A stretch of DNA of 40,467 nucleotides. Source: an uncultured Thiothrix sp. GTDB lineage: Bacteria; Pseudomonadota; Gammaproteobacteria; Thiotrichales; Thiotrichaceae. Positions 15,550 to 27,532 of the stretch are shown piece after piece. Position numbers and translations under genes: made by a program. Within the stretch, counting starts at the first letter, position 1. Each line of letters starts with the position of its first letter. The notes beneath the pieces were generated by a model, which saw nothing but the letters and a program-made list of their open reading frames with translations, searched no databases and was not told where the DNA came from. Location of the stretch: NCBI GenBank assembly GCA_964514635.1, contig CAZEQX010000002.1, positions 1 to 40,467 on the forward strand, written 5' to 3'.

Positions 15550-16517
15550 TTACCCCACAGGCCACGCATCGCCGCAATGCCTTGCCCGCCATGCGTTTTC
15601 GCTGTCATAACGTCTGTGCGTTGCAAACCGCCAAGCGCGTAAACGGGGAAATTCACTTGTTTAATCAGTTGTGCGAATCGCTGCCAACCTAACGTTGGCG
15701 CGTTGGGGTGCGTTAGTGTCGGTAATACAGGGGAAAGTAAGGCAAAATCCACACCCAATTCAGCAGCACGCTGTAAATCTTGTGCATGGTGGCACGCGGC
15801 GGACAACCACTGATTTGCCTGTAAGTAAGTAGGTTTGGTTTGCCACATTGCCAACTGTGTGCTTGTCAGATGCAAACCATCTGCTTCGGGCAACCACATC
15901 GGCGGGGAATTTAATAGCACCTTCGCACCTGCCTCATGCGCACAGGCAACCACATCACGCGCCAAGGCGGTGTAATCACTTGCAGGTAATGCTTTAGCGC
16001 GAAATTGCACCAAACGTACCCCTACCTGCAAAGCTTGTTGCAATTGCTGCAAAAATCGTTTTGTGTCGGTAGGTTCGGGCGTAATCAGGTAGGTATCCGG
16101 CAATTGTGTGGCGGTAATGATCGGAGCGTTCGCCGCAGGAAACGTCAATTGATGAAGAGCTGCCTCATCTACCCACGCGGTTTCTTGCCCTTCTTTGCCA
16201 TGCGGTTCACCACTAAAATCCGTGACTTCCCACACATCCAAATGCACCAGACGTTCTACATAACGGTGATGCACTTCCAACAGGGGCCGCGCAGTAAGCA
16301 CTTGAATCCCGATTTCTTCTTGTAATTCACGAGCAAGAGCTGCCTCACGGCTTTCTCCTGCTTCTACTTTTCCGCCGGGAAACTCCCACTTACCACCTTG
16401 GGAAATGTGCGCGGGGCGTTTGGCAAGGAATATCTTGCCTTGTTGCGTGCCATGACCACGAATAACCGCCGCCACGACATGCAAAGCGCGGGGGGAATTA
16501 GCTACGGTATTCGGCAT
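15546..16517 (-). CDS. mutT: Nudix hydrolase (MutT-like) fused to a thiamine-phosphate-synthase/TenI-like domain
   Basis: WEFPGGKVEAGESREAALARELQEEIG Nudix box, FPAAN; C-terminal domain with DGLHL, SPVLPTLTHP, VYALGG, GIAAMRGLW. Confidence 0.9.
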   Translation of the reverse strand: MPNTVANSPRALHVVAAVIRGHGTQQGKIFLAKRPAHISQGGKWEFPGGKVEAGESREAALARELQEEIGIQVLTARPLLEVHHRYVERLVHLDVWEVTDFSGEPHGKEGQETAWVDEAALHQLTFPAANAPIITATQLPDTYLITPEPTDTKRFLQQLQQALQVGVRLVQFRAKALPASDYTALARDVVACAHEAGAKVLLNSPPMWLPEADGLHLTSTQLAMWQTKPTYLQANQWLSAACHHAQDLQRAAELGVDFALLSPVLPTLTHPNAPTLGWQRFAQLIKQVNFPVYALGGLQRTDVMTAKTHGGQGIAAMRGLWGN

Positions 16518-17706
16518 TGATTTTCACATAGTCGTAGGAGAAATCGCACGTCCACGTCGTCGCGCTGGCATCACCACGCCCTAAATCGATGCGGATCAGA
16601 ATTTCATCGCGTTTCATTTCGACCTGCCCCAATTCCTCATGGTAAGTCGGCGCAGGTTCACCGTCTTCAATCAATAAGGTTTCACCCAACCAAATAGTGA
16701 CACGCCCCACGTCTAAATTGTCGATAGGGCTACGTCCAACAGCGGCTAAGATACGTCCCCAATTTGGGTCACTAGCGAATAAAGCGGTTTTGACCAACGG
16801 TGATAATGCAACCGTATTGCCAATAATTCGCGCTTCGGCACGGTTAAGCGCACCTTGTACATCGATACTGATGAACTTGGTCGCACCTTCACCATCACGC
16901 ACTATCGCTTGCGCCAAATACAGGCAAACTTCCTGTAATGCGGCTTGGAACATAGGCAAAGCATCACCACCGACATAGATCCCTGAATTGCCTGTCGCCA
17001 TAACAACCAGCGAGTCATTCGTGGAAGTATCACCATCTACGGTAATGCAGTTGAACGTTTCTTCGGTAACGGCTTTCAATACATCCTGTAATTTATCTTT
17101 TTCAATCAACGCATCAGTTGCGACATAAGCCAGCATGGTTGCCATATTGGGGTGAATCATCCCCGCACCTTTGGCAATCCCCGTGATGGTGATGGTTTCA
17201 CCAAAAATTTCCACTTGCTTACTAATCGCTTTAGCCACGGTGTCAGTGGTCATAATGGTGCGTGACGCTTCCAACCAACCATCCGTGCTTAACTTGCTAA
17301 ACGCTTCGGGTAATGCTGCGGCAATTTTCTCCACTGGCAATTGCATCCCAATCACCCCAGTGGAAAAGGGCAACACTTCTTCTGCCCAACAAGAACCCTG
17401 TTCCGCTACTTGTTCGCACGATTCACGCGCTGCCCGCATCCCCTGTTCGCCTGTCCCAGCATTAGCATTGCCCGCATTAATCAACAGGTAACGCGGGTTA
17501 GAATGCATCAAATGGTGACGACAAATATGAACGGGTGCGGCACAAAATGCATTGCGTGTGAAGACTGCTGCGGTATGACTGCCGTTTTCCAGCTCGATCA
17601 ATAACACATCATTGCGGTTTTTATAACGAATCCCAGCATTCACAGAGGCTAAACGCACGCCTGCTACGGGTAATAAAACGTCAGGAGCTTGTAAGTTGAC
17701 TGCCAT
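16498..17706 (-). CDS. argJ: Bifunctional ornithine acetyltransferase/N-acetylglutamate synthase
   Basis: NAGNANAGTG, STGVIG, IMTTDT, KGAGMIHPNMATML, DGDTSTND, DGEGATK, NWGR; ATG 17706 with a GAGG RBS. Confidence 0.97.
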   Translation of the reverse strand: MAVNLQAPDVLLPVAGVRLASVNAGIRYKNRNDVLLIELENGSHTAAVFTRNAFCAAPVHICRHHLMHSNPRYLLINAGNANAGTGEQGMRAARESCEQVAEQGSCWAEEVLPFSTGVIGMQLPVEKIAAALPEAFSKLSTDGWLEASRTIMTTDTVAKAISKQVEIFGETITITGIAKGAGMIHPNMATMLAYVATDALIEKDKLQDVLKAVTEETFNCITVDGDTSTNDSLVVMATGNSGIYVGGDALPMFQAALQEVCLYLAQAIVRDGEGATKFISIDVQGALNRAEARIIGNTVALSPLVKTALFASDPNWGRILAAVGRSPIDNLDVGRVTIWLGETLLIEDGEPAPTYHEELGQVEMKRDEILIRIDLGRGDASATTWTCDFSYDYVKINAEYRS

Positions 17707-17727
17707 GTTGTTACCTCGTCCTTTCAA

Positions 17728-20433
17728 TTAACTCAATTTGCCGTGGCAATGTTTGTATTTTTTGCCAGAACCACAAGGGCACGGATCATTACGCCCTGTC
17801 TTGTCATTGTCGCGTTGATAAGTAGCGCGAGCAACCGCAGTGGCAGGGCTTTCATCTGCCTCATCACCAAACGCACTATCGGCATCAGGGTGTGAATATT
17901 CCATTGGCTGTTCGGGATGTTCTTCCAGCTCTTGCATGGCTTTTTGTGGCTCTGCTAACTGGATGCGCATCAAAAAGGCAATCACATCGTGTTTGACACG
18001 TTCCAGCAATTGCTCGAACATTTCAAACGCTTCACGCTTGTATTCCTGTTTGGGATTCTTTTGTGCATAACCACGCAGCCCCACGCTTTGGCGCAAATAA
18101 TCCATCGCCGCAAGGTGTTCTTTCCACTCGGAATCCAGAACGTGCAACATAACATCGCGCTCTAAACGACGCATGTTCGGCGCACTGATTAGCTCTTCTT
18201 TTTGCGTTAAGACCGCCGCCACTTGTGCTTGAATACGCTCGCGTAAAGTTTCTTCGTAGAAGTTTTTCTCTTTTAACCAATCGGTTAATGGCAAATCCAA
18301 ACCAAAATCGGTGTAAAGCTGTTTGTATAGCCCTTCGATATTCCACTGCTCTTCCACGCTGCCTGCGGGCACATAAGTGCTGATCATGGTATCCACCACA
18401 TCCACGCGGATGGATTCGACCATTTCTTGAATATCTTCGGCTTCCAACAACTCGTTACGTTGTGAATAGATGACCTTACGTTGATCGTTAGCAACGTCAT
18501 CGTACTCTAACAAGTGTTTACGAATATCGTAGTTATGTGCTTCCACTTTGCGTTGCGCATTTTCGATGGACTTAGAAACCAAACCTGCTTCAATGGCTTG
18601 TCCGCGTTCCATTCCCAAACGTTGCATCATGCCCTTCACACGGTCTGATGCAAAAATACGCATTAAATTATCTTCTAAGGATAAGAAGAAACGCGAAGAA
18701 CCAGGGTCGCCTTGACGACCTGCACGACCACGCAACTGGTTATCAATACGGCGCGATTCGTGACGTTCTGTACCCAAAATGTGCAAACCACCCGCAGAAA
18801 CCACCGCATCATGGCGTTTTTTCCACAGTGCTTTGATTTTCTCGACCGCTTCGGGGGTTTCATTCTCACCAAGCTGGCGCAATTCTTCTTCTAACGAACC
18901 GCCGAGCATAATGTCCGTACCGCGTCCTGCCATATTAGTCGCAATTGTTACCGCCCCCGGACGACCCGCATTGGCGATAATGTGCGCTTCGCGTTCGTGC
19001 TGTTTTGCGTTCAGAACCTCATGCGGAATGCGCAATGACTTCAGCTTTTCAGACACCAATTCCGACGTTTCAATCGACGCAGTACCTACCAATACCGGAC
19101 GGCCTTTTTCCACTTCTTGTTGGATTTCTTGAATAATCGCTTCGTATTTTTCTTCAGCGGTCAAAAACACCAAATCGTTCGCATCTTTACGCACCATTGG
19201 ACGGTGTGTTGGAATAACCACCACTTCCAAACCATAAATTTGCTGCAATTCAAACGCTTCTGTGTCCGCAGTACCTGTCATACCAGACAACTTATTGTAC
19301 AAACGGAAATAGTTTTGGAAGGTAATAGAAGCCAGCGTTTGGTTTTCGGCCTGAATTTCGACTTGTTCTTTCGCCTCAATCGCTTGGTGCAAACCTTCTG
19401 ACCAACGACGACCCGGCATGGTACGCCCTGTAAATTCGTCGACGATAATGATTTTACCGTCACGCACGATGTAATCCACATTGCGTTGGAAGAGCACATG
19501 CGCCCGCAATGCAGCATTCAAATGGTGCAAAATGCTAATGCTAACCGTGTCGTACAAACCCTGACCTTGTGGCAGGATGTTCGCGTCCCACAATAACTGT
19601 TCCGCACGAACTTGGCCGTCTTCGGTTAAGTATACCTGACGCGCTTTCTCATCAACCGAGTAATCACCCGCGCCTTCTTCTTCCTGTTGGCGCACCAAAT
19701 GCGGAATCACTTGGTCAATCGCCACATACAGTTGGGATGCGTCATGGCTAGGACCAGAAATAATCAGCGGGGTACGCGCTTCATCGATCAGGATAGAGTC
19801 CACTTCATCGACAATCGCGTAATTTAACGGGCGTTGTACCCGCTCTTCCTTGCGAAACGCCATGTTGTCACGCAAGTAATCAAAACCAAATTCGTTATTT
19901 GTGCCGTAAGTAATGTCCGAGGCATAAGCAGCACGCCGTTGATCCTGGTTTAAACCATTGATAATCACACCCGTGCTTAACCCTAAGAAACCATACACAC
20001 GCGACATCAAACCCGCGTCACGTTGTGCTAAGTAATCGTTCACGGTAATAACGTGCACGCCTTTTCCTGGCAAAGCATTCAGATAAGCAGAAGCCGTCGC
20101 CACCAAGGTTTTCCCTTCCCCTGTGCGCATTTCAGCGATTTTGCCATCATTCAATACCATACCGCCGATCATCTGCACATCGTAATGGCGCAGGCCTAAA
20201 ACGCGACGAGCAGCTTCACGCACCACAGCAAACGCTTCAGGTAGCAGAACTTCGATGGTTTCACCTTTGGCTAAACGTTCCCGAAACTCCGTGGTCTTTG
20301 CGGCGAGTTGGGTATCCGACAATGCACGGCTTTTTTCTTCCAAAGCATTGATTTTTTTGACAACCTTAGCATAAGATTTGACCAAGCGATCATTACGGCT
20401 GCCGAAAATCTTTCTGGCGACGGAACCCAACAT
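17728..20433 (-). CDS. secA: Preprotein translocase ATPase SecA
   Basis: [48 protein letters not shown] motif [19 protein letters not shown]; start moved to ATG 20433. Confidence 0.99.
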   Translation of the reverse strand: MLGSVARKIFGSRNDRLVKSYAKVVKKINALEEKSRALSDTQLAAKTTEFRERLAKGETIEVLLPEAFAVVREAARRVLGLRHYDVQMIGGMVLNDGKIAEMRTGEGKTLVATASAYLNALPGKGVHVITVNDYLAQRDAGLMSRVYGFLGLSTGVIINGLNQDQRRAAYASDITYGTNNEFGFDYLRDNMAFRKEERVQRPLNYAIVDEVDSILIDEARTPLIISGPSHDASQLYVAIDQVIPHLVRQQEEEGAGDYSVDEKARQVYLTEDGQVRAEQLLWDANILPQGQGLYDTVSISILHHLNAALRAHVLFQRNVDYIVRDGKIIIVDEFTGRTMPGRRWSEGLHQAIEAKEQVEIQAENQTLASITFQNYFRLYNKLSGMTGTADTEAFELQQIYGLEVVVIPTHRPMVRKDANDLVFLTAEEKYEAIIQEIQQEVEKGRPVLVGTASIETSELVSEKLKSLRIPHEVLNAKQHEREAHIIANAGRPGAVTIATNMAGRGTDIMLGGSLEEELRQLGENETPEAVEKIKALWKKRHDAVVSAGGLHILGTERHESRRIDNQLRGRAGRQGDPGSSRFFLSLEDNLMRIFASDRVKGMMQRLGMERGQAIEAGLVSKSIENAQRKVEAHNYDIRKHLLEYDDVANDQRKVIYSQRNELLEAEDIQEMVESIRVDVVDTMISTYVPAGSVEEQWNIEGLYKQLYTDFGLDLPLTDWLKEKNFYEETLRERIQAQVAAVLTQKEELISAPNMRRLERDVMLHVLDSEWKEHLAAMDYLRQSVGLRGYAQKNPKQEYKREAFEMFEQLLERVKHDVIAFLMRIQLAEPQKAMQELEEHPEQPMEYSHPDADSAFGDEADESPATAVARATYQRDNDKTGRNDPCPCGSGKKYKHCHGKLS

Positions 20434-20667
20434 ATATTCTTCTCTCTTGTATCCATTCCAAACAGAAAAATCCGGTGCTCGTAATATGCCACGCATACCA
20501 CTACACCGGACGATGCGATTGTATTATATATGGAATAACTGGCTACACGGTGAATTTTTAGAAGACACGCGCATTACCATTTTTTCATTTGCTTGCGCGA
20601 GAAACCCTCGCCCTTCAGGCATAAGTCTCCACACAAATTGCCGAAGGATTTGCGTAGATACCGATGG

Positions 20668-21633
20668 CTAGGGGAGGATGTCAAAACCTAGGTATTCACG
20701 CGGGTCAACTTGCTCGCCATTTTTCAGCACTTCCAAATGCAGGTGTGGCCCTGTAGAACGCCCAGAATTTCCCATCAACGCGACCAAATCACCTTTTTTT
20801 ACCACTTGCCCTTCGCTGACTTTTGCCGCACTTAAATGCGCGTAACGACTGGTTAAACCATCTCCATGATCAATCTCAACGGCTGTACCATAACCAGACT
20901 TCTCCCCCGTAAACGAGACAACACCACCGCCAACGGAGTAAATTTCTGTACCGATAGGACCTGCAAAATCAATCCCTTTATGCATCCGCACACTACCGTT
21001 GAACGGATCTCGGCGGAAACCGAATTGCGATGAGACATAACCACTGTGTACCGGACGAGCAGATGGCATCACTTCCTCTTGCAAGGTAATGCCTTCTAAA
21101 ATCTTTTCCAAGGTTGCTAACATGCCTTTTTGGCGTTCCACGCTATCTTCAGCGGACTGAAATGCCGACAGCAACGCTGTGGATGGTGAAGTGTGGTGTT
21201 CAGTGAACAATTCGGGGTCAGCACCACCCCGCCCTGGTTGCGTATCCAACGAAAATTCTTGCGGGTCCAATTTTGCCTTATTTGCTACCCGCTTTGCTAG
21301 GGCGTTCAGACGCGCAATTTCTGCCTCTAGTGTACCTAAGCGGGTCGAAAGGGTATCCACATCTACCGTATAGTTGGCATAGGCTTTCTTAATTTGGTCA
21401 ACTGTGGCAATTTGTTGTTCCAATGCTGAGATAATTTTCCCCGCCTCCGCTTCAGATAATGCGGTATTCTGTTGGGGAATCTCATCGAGCCGATACAGCC
21501 CCAACATCTGGTTGACCGACAAACCGACCAATAGCAGGGCAATGATACTAGCCGGAATGATCAGGTGCTTCCACGGGTGCAAGTTAAAGGAAGCACGACG
21601 CGAACCATCGTCGCTTAAACAAATGACCTTCAT
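20668..21633 (-). CDS. M23-family metallopeptidase with N-terminal TM helix and coiled coil
   Basis: HKGIDF, YAHLS, GRSTGPHLHLEV; conserved position upstream of secA. Confidence 0.93.
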   Translation of the reverse strand: MKVICLSDDGSRRASFNLHPWKHLIIPASIIALLLVGLSVNQMLGLYRLDEIPQQNTALSEAEAGKIISALEQQIATVDQIKKAYANYTVDVDTLSTRLGTLEAEIARLNALAKRVANKAKLDPQEFSLDTQPGRGGADPELFTEHHTSPSTALLSAFQSAEDSVERQKGMLATLEKILEGITLQEEVMPSARPVHSGYVSSQFGFRRDPFNGSVRMHKGIDFAGPIGTEIYSVGGGVVSFTGEKSGYGTAVEIDHGDGLTSRYAHLSAAKVSEGQVVKKGDLVALMGNSGRSTGPHLHLEVLKNGEQVDPREYLGFDILP

Positions 21634-21717
21634 GGTTTGAATTCCTGGGGGCTTTGCTTCGACTCAACAAGCATAACGGGCCGTCACTTTGTTGACATCG
21701 AGTGGATTAACGAAGAC

Positions 21718-22143
21718 ATGAAAAAAATCAATAAACTGATTCAGGGTGGACTGACGGAGCGATTGCAGCGAGCAGACGCTGTGGTTGCTGTGATTGCTCA
21801 ATTTTTGAAGATCCCTCTCGACAATCGACTGTGGCTCACACTCAAGAACCAACGTCTAACACTCCTGACCGATGATACGCATCTAGCGACACTCTTACGC
21901 TTTCAACAAATTATGTTATGCAAGCATATAAACAAACACTTAGGTAGTAAAATCCGAGGCATAGATATTAAAGTGATTAGTCTACCGCTGGCAAGGTTTG
22001 AGCAAAAAACAACCGGATTTCAGTTTTCTAGCGAAGCCGCGAACGTGGTTTGCAGCATTGCTCACAACATCGAAGACCCTGAACTACGCGAGGCAGTGAT
22101 GCAATTGGCAAACACCGCCTCAGACTCAACACATTGCCCCTAA
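21718..22143 (+). CDS. DUF721/DciA-like protein
   Basis: Antisense gene between lpxC and M23/secA (the usual dciA position); ATLLRFQQ..L and I.DPELREA...LA motifs. Start chosen at ATG 21718. Confidence 0.7.
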   Translation: MKKINKLIQGGLTERLQRADAVVAVIAQFLKIPLDNRLWLTLKNQRLTLLTDDTHLATLLRFQQIMLCKHINKHLGSKIRGIDIKVISLPLARFEQKTTGFQFSSEAANVVCSIAHNIEDPELREAVMQLANTASDSTHCP

Positions 22144-22160
22144 TACTCCATTCGATACGC

Positions 22161-23078
22161 TTAGAATCCGACCAGCGCGTAGTTATCCACAAAGATCACC
22201 TGCTCGCGTTGGTTCTCGTCCAATGTCACCATTTCCCATGCTTCACGTTGTTGCAAGAGCTGGCGAGCCAGTAAGTTATTGATGGCATGGCCTGCTTTAT
22301 AACCGTGAAATGCTCCAATGATCCCGTGCCCCAAGGTGTATAAATCACCGATTGCATCGAGAATTTTATGGCGAATAAATTCATCACTATAACGCAATCC
22401 ATCTTGGTTCAAGACACGAAACTCATCCAAGACAATGGCATTTTCCAAACTCCCCCCTAACCCTAAGTTGCGGGAACGCAATAACTCCACATCACGCATG
22501 AAGCCAAATGTCCGAGCGCGGGCAATCTCGCTGGCATAAGCTTGATGCGAAAAGTCGATTTCGATACTTTGCGTTGTTGCATTAACCGCAGGGTGGTTGA
22601 AGTCGATTTCAAAACTGGCTTTGAAACCGTTGTAGGGCGAGAGTCGCGCCCATCCATCACCTTTACGCGCTTCAATAGGCTTTTTGATACGAATAAAGCG
22701 TTTGGGAGCGAGCAATTCTTCAACCCCCGTTGATAGCAATAAATACAAAAATGGCGCAGCACTACCATCCATAATCGGGATTTCCGGCGCGTCCAAATCA
22801 ACATAAAGATTATCAATGCCAAGTCCGGCTAATGCGGACAACAGATGCTCGACCGTGGCAACTTTGGTGTTGCCATCGATGAGTGCAGTACACAACATAG
22901 TTTCCCCAACACGCTCTGGATGCAATTCCAGCAGGGTTGGTGGTGTTACGTCAACACGACGAAAAATTATACCTGTGTTCGATGGTGCTGGGCGTAAAGT
23001 CATGGCGACTTTTTTACCCGAATGCAAGCCGATACCAACGGTTGATACGGTTGCTTTTAGTGTTCGTTGCCTTAACAA
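22161..23078 (-). CDS. lpxC: UDP-3-O-acyl-N-acetylglucosamine deacetylase
   Basis: [43 protein letters not shown]; TTG start with an AGGGGG RBS. Confidence 0.98.
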   Translation of the reverse strand: MLRQRTLKATVSTVGIGLHSGKKVAMTLRPAPSNTGIIFRRVDVTPPTLLELHPERVGETMLCTALIDGNTKVATVEHLLSALAGLGIDNLYVDLDAPEIPIMDGSAAPFLYLLLSTGVEELLAPKRFIRIKKPIEARKGDGWARLSPYNGFKASFEIDFNHPAVNATTQSIEIDFSHQAYASEIARARTFGFMRDVELLRSRNLGLGGSLENAIVLDEFRVLNQDGLRYSDEFIRHKILDAIGDLYTLGHGIIGAFHGYKAGHAINNLLARQLLQQREAWEMVTLDENQREQVIFVDNYALVGF

Positions 23079-23310
23079 GGTGTCCCCCCTTTTCGTTCTG
23101 GCGTATCACTTTTCTTACAGCGGACAAATTCTAATGGATTTTGTTAATTAGAATCTGAATAAAACTTTAGTCCAGCTACGAAAAATCTCTTGAAAATCTA
23201 TTTATAACCATTGACTTTCAGTTAATTACGCTCAGGAGACAGATTTAAAGCGGTCAAAGAACAAACCTTAACCGCTTGACGGGCATGACGAACAAGGCTG
23301 GTTGGCGATC

Positions 23311-24513
23311 CTAATCTGCCTGTTTACGCAAAAATGCTGGAATATCCAAGTTACCTTCTGATACCCCCTGACGGTAAATAGGCGGCACATCCAGCACATT
23401 TTCATAGCGGCCTCCCTTTCCGACCGACACTTTTGGCATTGGTTCCAATTGCACAGGTTGAAGCTGACGCACGCGCTCTTTCTCACGAGAAGCTCGCGAT
23501 TGTACAGGCTCGACCGCACGCAACGGCGGCGATGGTGGAGTAGAGCTAACAGCCCCCATTTCTTCCAACCCTGTTGCCACCAACGTTACGCGAATTTCAT
23601 CACGCATCTCTGGATCAATGACTGTACCGACGACGACTGTAGCCTCTGGTGATGCAAATTGACGCACCACTTCACCAACTTCTTCAAATTCATGGATACC
23701 CATGTCCAAACCAGCGGTGATATTAACCAGAATCCCTTTCGCGCCATCCAAACAAATATCTTCCAGTAATGGGCTAGAAATCGCCGCTTGGGCAGCTTTG
23801 GCAGCACGGTCTTCACCTTGCGCTTTCCCCATCCCCATCATGGCAACACCCATGCCAGACATGACAGTACGCACGTCTGCGAAGTCAACGTTAATCAAAC
23901 CCGGACGGGTGATCAACTCAGCAATCCCCTGAACGGCATTCAACAACACGTTGTTAGCGGCTTTGAATGCATCCAGTAATGATACGTTTTTTCCCAAAGA
24001 AGTCAGCAACTTTTGATTCGGAATGGTAATCAACGAGTCAACGTACTTGCTTAACTCAGCAATCCCAGAATCCGCCGCCTTCATGCGCTTAGGACCTTCA
24101 AAAGGGAAAGGCTTGGTCACAACCGCAACCGTTAAAATCCCCATATCCCGTGCAATTTCCGCAACCACAGGGGCTGCACCAGTCCCTGTACCACCGCCCA
24201 TACCAGCAGTGATGAATAACATATCCGTGCCACTCACCAGTTCTTTGATGCGTTCACGGTCTTCCAATGCTGCTTCACGACCGATTTCGGGATTCGCACC
24301 CGCGCCCAACCCTTTGGTCAAGGAGCTTCCCAATTGCAGCATGGTTCTGACACCCATGCCTTGTAGTGCTTGAGCATCGGTATTGGCACAAATGTATTCG
24401 ACACCTTCGATGCCCGATTCCAACATGTTTTTGACGGCATTACCGCCACCGCCACCGACCCCGATGACCTTTATCACAGCTCCCTTAGCTGCACTGTCCA
24501 TTAATTCAAACAT
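23311..24513 (-). CDS. ftsZ: Cell division protein FtsZ
   Basis: [26 protein letters not shown]-terminal [12 protein letters not shown]; start moved to ATG 24513 (GGAGA RBS). Confidence 0.99.
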   Translation of the reverse strand: MFELMDSAAKGAVIKVIGVGGGGGNAVKNMLESGIEGVEYICANTDAQALQGMGVRTMLQLGSSLTKGLGAGANPEIGREAALEDRERIKELVSGTDMLFITAGMGGGTGTGAAPVVAEIARDMGILTVAVVTKPFPFEGPKRMKAADSGIAELSKYVDSLITIPNQKLLTSLGKNVSLLDAFKAANNVLLNAVQGIAELITRPGLINVDFADVRTVMSGMGVAMMGMGKAQGEDRAAKAAQAAISSPLLEDICLDGAKGILVNITAGLDMGIHEFEEVGEVVRQFASPEATVVVGTVIDPEMRDEIRVTLVATGLEEMGAVSSTPPSPPLRAVEPVQSRASREKERVRQLQPVQLEPMPKVSVGKGGRYENVLDVPPIYRQGVSEGNLDIPAFLRKQAD

Positions 24514-24530
24514 GCCCGTCTCTCCAACTG

Positions 24531-25778
24531 TCAAAAATTACCGTTAAACCAAGACTTCAAGCGCTCCCACCACCCATCTGAAGCAACATTGGTTGTCGTG
24601 GCGTAATAAGTGCGTCTGGCCCCGTAAGCCTGCTGCGCAATCCCGTACAACAGCAGCCCTACCCCAGTGGAATGGATAGGGTTTTCAACTTCACCACGCA
24701 AACCGCCAATATTCCGTGGCATACCAATTCGCACTGGCATGTGGAACACTTCTTCGGCTAATTCACGCACACCTTTCATCTTAGAAGACCCACCAGTCAA
24801 AACAATCCCCGCACCGATACGTTCTTCGTATCCGCTGCGGCGTAACTCTTGTAGCACTAGTGAAAACAACTCCTCATAACGCGGTTCAATCACGGAGGCC
24901 AATGTTTGCACTGACAAACTACGCGGCTCACGTTCACCAACCCCTGGCACTTCAATCAGATCATCTTCCGTCACTAACTGTCGTAATGCTCGGCCATACT
25001 TGATTTTAATCTCTTCGGCATGTTGGGTCGGGGTTCTCACAGCAACCGCAATATCATTGGTTACTTGGTCGCCTGCTATCGGAATCACTGCGGTATGATG
25101 GATCGAACCATTAATAAAAACAGCAATGTCGCTCGTGCCGCCACCAATATCCACTAAGCATACACCCAATTCCTTTTCATCTTCTGCTAAAACTGCATAA
25201 CTGGATGCAACTTGCTCCAGAATAATGTCTTCAACATTTAAACCGCAGCGTTCAACACATTTTACCAAATTCTGTGCGGCACTATGGGCGGCTGTTACCA
25301 AATGTACCCGCGCTTCTAAACGCACGCCGGACATTCCCACTGGCTCACGAATACCTTCTTGTTGATCAATCACATATTCTTGGGGTAGGACGTGCAAAAT
25401 ACGTTGGTCAGCCGGAATTGCAACGGCACGAGCGGCATCCATCACACGTTCGACATCACTATCCGTTACTTCTTTATCTTTAATCGCGACAATACCATGA
25501 GAATTTAAACTACGCACATGACTGCCAGCAATTCCCACATAAACGGAGTGAATTTGAGTACCAGCCATTAATTCTGCTTCTTCAACAGCACGTTGAATCG
25601 ACTGAATAGTGGACTCGATATTCACCACAACGCCCTTTTTCATACCACGCGAAGGGTATGAACCTAATCCGATGATTTCTAGCCGTCCACTATCATTGAT
25701 TTCACCGACCAAGGCGACCACTTTAGACGTGCCTAAATCCAGTGCAACAATGATATTATGATCCGTTTTTTTCGACAT
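24531..25778 (-). CDS. ftsA: Cell division protein FtsA
   Basis: [23 protein letters not shown], amphipathic tail [13 protein letters not shown]. Confidence 0.98.
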   Translation of the reverse strand: MSKKTDHNIIVALDLGTSKVVALVGEINDSGRLEIIGLGSYPSRGMKKGVVVNIESTIQSIQRAVEEAELMAGTQIHSVYVGIAGSHVRSLNSHGIVAIKDKEVTDSDVERVMDAARAVAIPADQRILHVLPQEYVIDQQEGIREPVGMSGVRLEARVHLVTAAHSAAQNLVKCVERCGLNVEDIILEQVASSYAVLAEDEKELGVCLVDIGGGTSDIAVFINGSIHHTAVIPIAGDQVTNDIAVAVRTPTQHAEEIKIKYGRALRQLVTEDDLIEVPGVGEREPRSLSVQTLASVIEPRYEELFSLVLQELRRSGYEERIGAGIVLTGGSSKMKGVRELAEEVFHMPVRIGMPRNIGGLRGEVENPIHSTGVGLLLYGIAQQAYGARRTYYATTTNVASDGWWERLKSWFNGNF

Positions 25779-25781
25779 CGT

Positions 25782-26615
25782 TTAACTCCTGCGGCTTTCG
25801 CCAGCAATACCGAGTTGACGTACTGTTTCCTCTAATCCACTGATAGGTGGCTGTTTCCACTCAATGGAAAACCCATTGGTATAACGCAAATCAATCCGTC
25901 GAATATTGCTAAACTTACTGGCCAGTTCTTGCTGAAACCCAACCTTAAACCGCTGGATGCGGCGTTCCTGATCATCATTGCCGACCAAAACTTCAGGGCC
26001 ATTTTTGATTTTGATTCGCCATGAATTGCTTTCATCTTCCGTCAACTCAGCAATTTCTAACGGCAAACCTTTAAACCAATCCCGAATTTTTAAGTACCGT
26101 TCCCCCATTTCCCGCCCTTTATCTTCGGGGCTATACAACAACGGAAAGATACCGCGCTTAGCGGGTAAATCAGCTTGGAACAATTCGCCGTATTGATTCA
26201 TCAGGCGATCCGTACCCCAAAATGCCACTGGGGATTGTTCTTCCACCTCGACCACTAAACGAGTCGGCCACAACTTACGCAGACTAATGGAACGTACCCA
26301 CGGTTGTAGTTCTAAGTCTGCTTCTAATGCATCGTCATCCAATAAATACAGGTTAGTTTGGCTATATTTTTCAATAACCTTTCTTAACTCTGTATCTTTT
26401 ACATATTGTAGACTACCTTGTATATCAATCTGACTAATGCGTAAATTTTCTGGATTATTTAACACAGCTCGCGTAAACATTACGCCGCCGAGCACAACCA
26501 AACACAATGCACCAACAGTCGCTAAACGCAACATTGCAGGGGAATACTCCGGCAAATGCCACGCGCTCTGAGGACGCTTTTGTTTATGCGAGGCTGGTCG
26601 GCGGCGAGAGGTCAT
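25782..26615 (-). CDS. ftsQ: Cell division protein FtsQ
   Basis: Single TM helix, POTRA domain ([13 protein letters not shown]), [13 protein letters not shown]. Confidence 0.95.
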   Translation of the reverse strand: MTSRRRPASHKQKRPQSAWHLPEYSPAMLRLATVGALCLVVLGGVMFTRAVLNNPENLRISQIDIQGSLQYVKDTELRKVIEKYSQTNLYLLDDDALEADLELQPWVRSISLRKLWPTRLVVEVEEQSPVAFWGTDRLMNQYGELFQADLPAKRGIFPLLYSPEDKGREMGERYLKIRDWFKGLPLEIAELTEDESNSWRIKIKNGPEVLVGNDDQERRIQRFKVGFQQELASKFSNIRRIDLRYTNGFSIEWKQPPISGLEETVRQLGIAGESRRS

Positions 26616-27532
26616 ATCAAGGTCGTCTCCAAAATACGCAGCACTAGCGTGTTAAAATCCCAACCAACAGCACGCGCCCCCATTGGCACAAGACTGTGGT
26701 CGGTCATGCCTGGATTCGTGTTGACCTCAATCAACCACGCTTTTCCTGTGACATCACGCATCATGTCGACGCGCCCCCAGCCACGCCCACCAACCGCCGC
26801 AAACGCCTGCTGTGCAAGCTGCTGCATGGTTTGTTCTGCATCCGCAGCCAGACCACAAGGACAGTGGTAGCGCGTGTCATCACGCAGGTACTTGGCTTCA
26901 TAATCGTAAAACTCACCTGGTACTTCCAAACGAATCAGTGGTAAAGACCGACCCGCAACCATACCCGCTGTGTACTCACCACCAGTAATCCATTGTTCCG
27001 CAATGACAGTTTTACTGCATTGTGCGGCCTTGGCATAGGCTTGGGGTAAATCTTCAGCAACTTTAACCTTACTTAAACCAATGCTAGAGCCTTCTGTCGC
27101 AGGTTTAACCATTAATGGCAAACCCAACTCGGCAACCACGGCAGCAAAATCCGTAGTGGCGGTTAATTCACGATAAGCTGGGGTCGGTAAACCTGCACCC
27201 AACCACACGCGCTTGGTCATCAGCTTGTCCATGCTGATAGCGGAGGCCATCACCCCACACCCTGTATAAGGTAAGCCGAGGATTTCCAATGCACCTTGAA
27301 CCACACCATCTTCACCACCTGCACCGTGCAGAATGTTAAAGACACGATCAAACTGCCCAGCTTGCAGGGTTTGAATAATGTTGCGATCAACATCAATACC
27401 ATGCGCATCCACACCACTGTCTTGCAATGCTTTCAAGACAGCCGCGCCGCTTTTCAAGGAAACAGGACGTTCGGCTGACCATCCGCCATACAACACCGCT
27501 ACCTTGCCAAATCGCGCAACATCCATGCTCAT
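26612..27532 (-). CDS. ddl: D-alanine--D-alanine ligase
   Basis: [46 protein letters not shown]. Confidence 0.98.
   Translation of the reverse strand: MSMDVARFGKVAVLYGGWSAERPVSLKSGAAVLKALQDSGVDAHGIDVDRNIIQTLQAGQFDRVFNILHGAGGEDGVVQGALEILGLPYTGCGVMASAISMDKLMTKRVWLGAGLPTPAYRELTATTDFAAVVAELGLPLMVKPATEGSSIGLSKVKVAEDLPQAYAKAAQCSKTVIAEQWITGGEYTAGMVAGRSLPLIRLEVPGEFYDYEAKYLRDDTRYHCPCGLAADAEQTMQQLAQQAFAAVGGRGWGRVDMMRDVTGKAWLIEVNTNPGMTDHSLVPMGARAVGWDFNTLVLRILETTLI

Noticed and set aside
15546-16517. MutT-TenI fusion as a novelty
   Set aside because: Known architecture at the secA-argJ locus of many non-enteric proteobacteria.
20434-22160. Absence of secM and presence of M23 plus an antisense DUF721 gene between lpxC and secA
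   Set aside because: Common arrangement outside Enterobacterales.
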